The translations under genes were made by a program, and so were the position numbers. The notes under the pieces are model-generated. The model had not been told where the DNA came from, searched no databases, and saw nothing but the letters and a program-made list of their open reading frames with translations. A stretch of 62,916 nucleotides of DNA, filler included, from Nemertoderma westbladi (taxonomy: Eukaryota > Animalia > Xenacoelomorpha), in assembly GCA_032718475.1 (NCBI GenBank). It is 3 parts of 3 records of this genome, joined end to end, with 100 filler letters (N's around TTAATTAATTAA, not from the genome) between each part and the next. Parts side by side here need not be neighbours in the genome. Positions count along the whole stretch, not along the records: positions 42,889 to 62,916 come from JAUCBJ010006306.1; 2 more parts are not named here. The stretch is one strand, 5' to 3'. Positions 60,901 to 62,916 of this stretch are shown here, piece after piece (within the stretch, counting starts at the first letter, position 1; every line of letters begins with the position of its first letter).

Positions 60901-62916
60901 ATCTACCCACACCAGCAGCTATCCTTGAATGAAAGGTTCGCACGGTATTGTAATGGCCTATTAAACACAATAGAATAGGGACGTAACAATATATCAATAA
61001 CTCGATAATTATGCGAGCAGCCGTATCTGAAAATTAATCAAACCCTGAACCAAATGTACTGACAAGTTCCGGCCTCATAACTACAAAACCATCGGAGAAT
61101 AATTTCCTCAAGTACATTGATTTAGTGTGGCTTACTAATTTATTTTCAAAATATAATAATTGGGCGAAATCCTGGGAATGGCAAATGTGTACAGATAAGT
61201 TACTTCACAAAGTGCAAGAAATGTTCTAATCATTGATTACTATTTGGCAGATAGGGGAAATAGTTGGGGGCGAAGTATAGTTCAATACAATGGGCTGTCC
61301 AACTATGGATACGGGGTGCTTGGGACATTGCAGCTGGAGATTAATTCATGAGAAACATGATTTTATCTCCATAAATGATGAGAAACATGAGATAGCAACA
61401 GTCACAGTCACAGAAATCGGTACGGATGACCGTCGGTTACTGTCACATTTACTGGAATGTGCCTTTTGTTCAAAATGGGTGAGGCAGCACTCTCCCAGTA
61501 TGTGTTTTCAACTTTTTTTTTCACTATTATCGAGGTTATTATTAAAGAGTCGAGTGAATATTATTGAAAAAAATGTTATACGTTTTTTTCCCATGTAATA
61601 CGTAATTAAATTCATAAAATGGTACTTTTTAACCACTTAACTCTTTAATAAATGATAGAACGAAAATAGTGTTACAAAATAAATTGAACTGCAATATTTT
61701 ACTATATTGCTTCCATAGTTACTGCAATTCAAATTACTGTACTCTTCAACTCCTGATGCTGCCTTACTCAATGTTAAATTATTAAATGTTCTGTAATATT
61801 TATTGATTTAACTAGAGAGCAACTAATTGACAGACACTAGCGACTAGCAGACACGAATTGTAATACTGTAATTGTATTGTAGATGTTAAAAACACCTCAT
61901 TGTGAGTGAGACATTATTTTATATTTTGAAAATTACATTGATGGATGTAATTTATCCGTTACAATGTATTAGTTAAAATTTAATTTAAATTAATATAAAC
62001 ATATTCAAAGAATGATTTCTATTATTTAAATATACAATACTGATTAATTAGCACTACCTGTAGCCTATTTGTTACGGTAATAGGTTATTACAAAGATGAG
62101 GTATTCATTTTACTTGAATGATGTTAAATTAGGAAATGTTTGAAACTTTCCGGTTATCGACAAATTCTCGCAGCCAAATAATATTTGCACAGCTGCCCCA
62201 CCCCACAACAGCCACCAACCCGGACACTAACAGCAGTGGTGCTGGTTTCAACCCGAATACTTGATGCCTACCTGCCAGGCCTTACCTGCCCACTAACAAC
62301 GAACGGTCCATGTAACATCCCCTACCATTGATTACCCTCCCCTACCGGCCCAACAACCATTGATTTTTTCTATTTGATCTGAACAATTTGCAACTTCAGC
62401 GATCAATCAATTGTGGGCAAATTTGCCTAATTTTAATGTAACATTTGCGTTTCTAACAGATCCTTATACAGAATTGACACCTCAAAAGTAAAGTGATAAC
62501 AATACAAGGATTTACACCACCAAGTTTAAAACTATAAGCCACGCAGCCAGAATTTACAATCTAACTTTAGGCGAAAAAATACTTAGGGAATAAATAAAAA
62601 AAAAGGGAATTTCATGTAAAGTGTACAACAATTTAATGCAAATTTCCATTATGTTGACTATGTATCCTCAAAGTGAGATAAAAATTCCGGACGTAAAGTA
62701 GCCGTGAAGACGAAGTAAAGTGAATGCTTGGTTACAACATGTTTTATGTAGGTGTAGCACATACCTAGCAGGTATGTGCTCATTAACATCACCCATCAGT
62801 GAATTCCCAATGTAACCGGTATAACCCGAAAATCACTTATCGTGCTGCGCGAAGTCTTGACCCAAATATGTTCCAAATCAAGATTTCTCTGACTTTGCAT
62901 TTGAATAATTCAGATG

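Noticed and set aside
61290-61598. 102-aa plus-strand ORF
   Set aside because: No recognisable domain, splice context or compositional signal; likely a chance ORF.

Overview
AT-rich, intron-containing, repeat-dense animal genomic DNA, probably from an invertebrate bilaterian (species not determinable). It includes two 100-nt scaffold gaps carrying a TTAATTAATTAA linker. Genes: (1) a complete six-exon FoxA/forkhead gene (53488..57846, +, about 572 aa); (2) an intronless ACSF2-like acyl-CoA synthetase (11393..13150, +); (3) two minus-strand exons of an NAAA/acid-ceramidase-like amidase; (4) a rhodopsin-family peptide-type GPCR, TM3 to C-terminus (minus), truncated by a gap; (5) a tRNA-Phe(GAA) pseudogene. 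Most of the rest is mobile or repetitive DNA: an internally deleted IS3EU-like DNA transposon with a decayed HECT E3-ligase gene, TA- and TTAA-flanked MITEs, LINE fragments, SINE/Helentron-like elements, a probable LTR, four large minisatellites and a 1.2-kb local duplication. The most striking unexplained structure is a 2.9-kb foldback element about 7.5 kb upstream of FoxA. It carries nine tandem CTCF-consensus motifs at ~146-bp spacing, facing inverted copies in its other arm. Most long ORFs in the supplied track are tandem-repeat read-throughs. All calls are from reading the sequence by eye; no searches were run.
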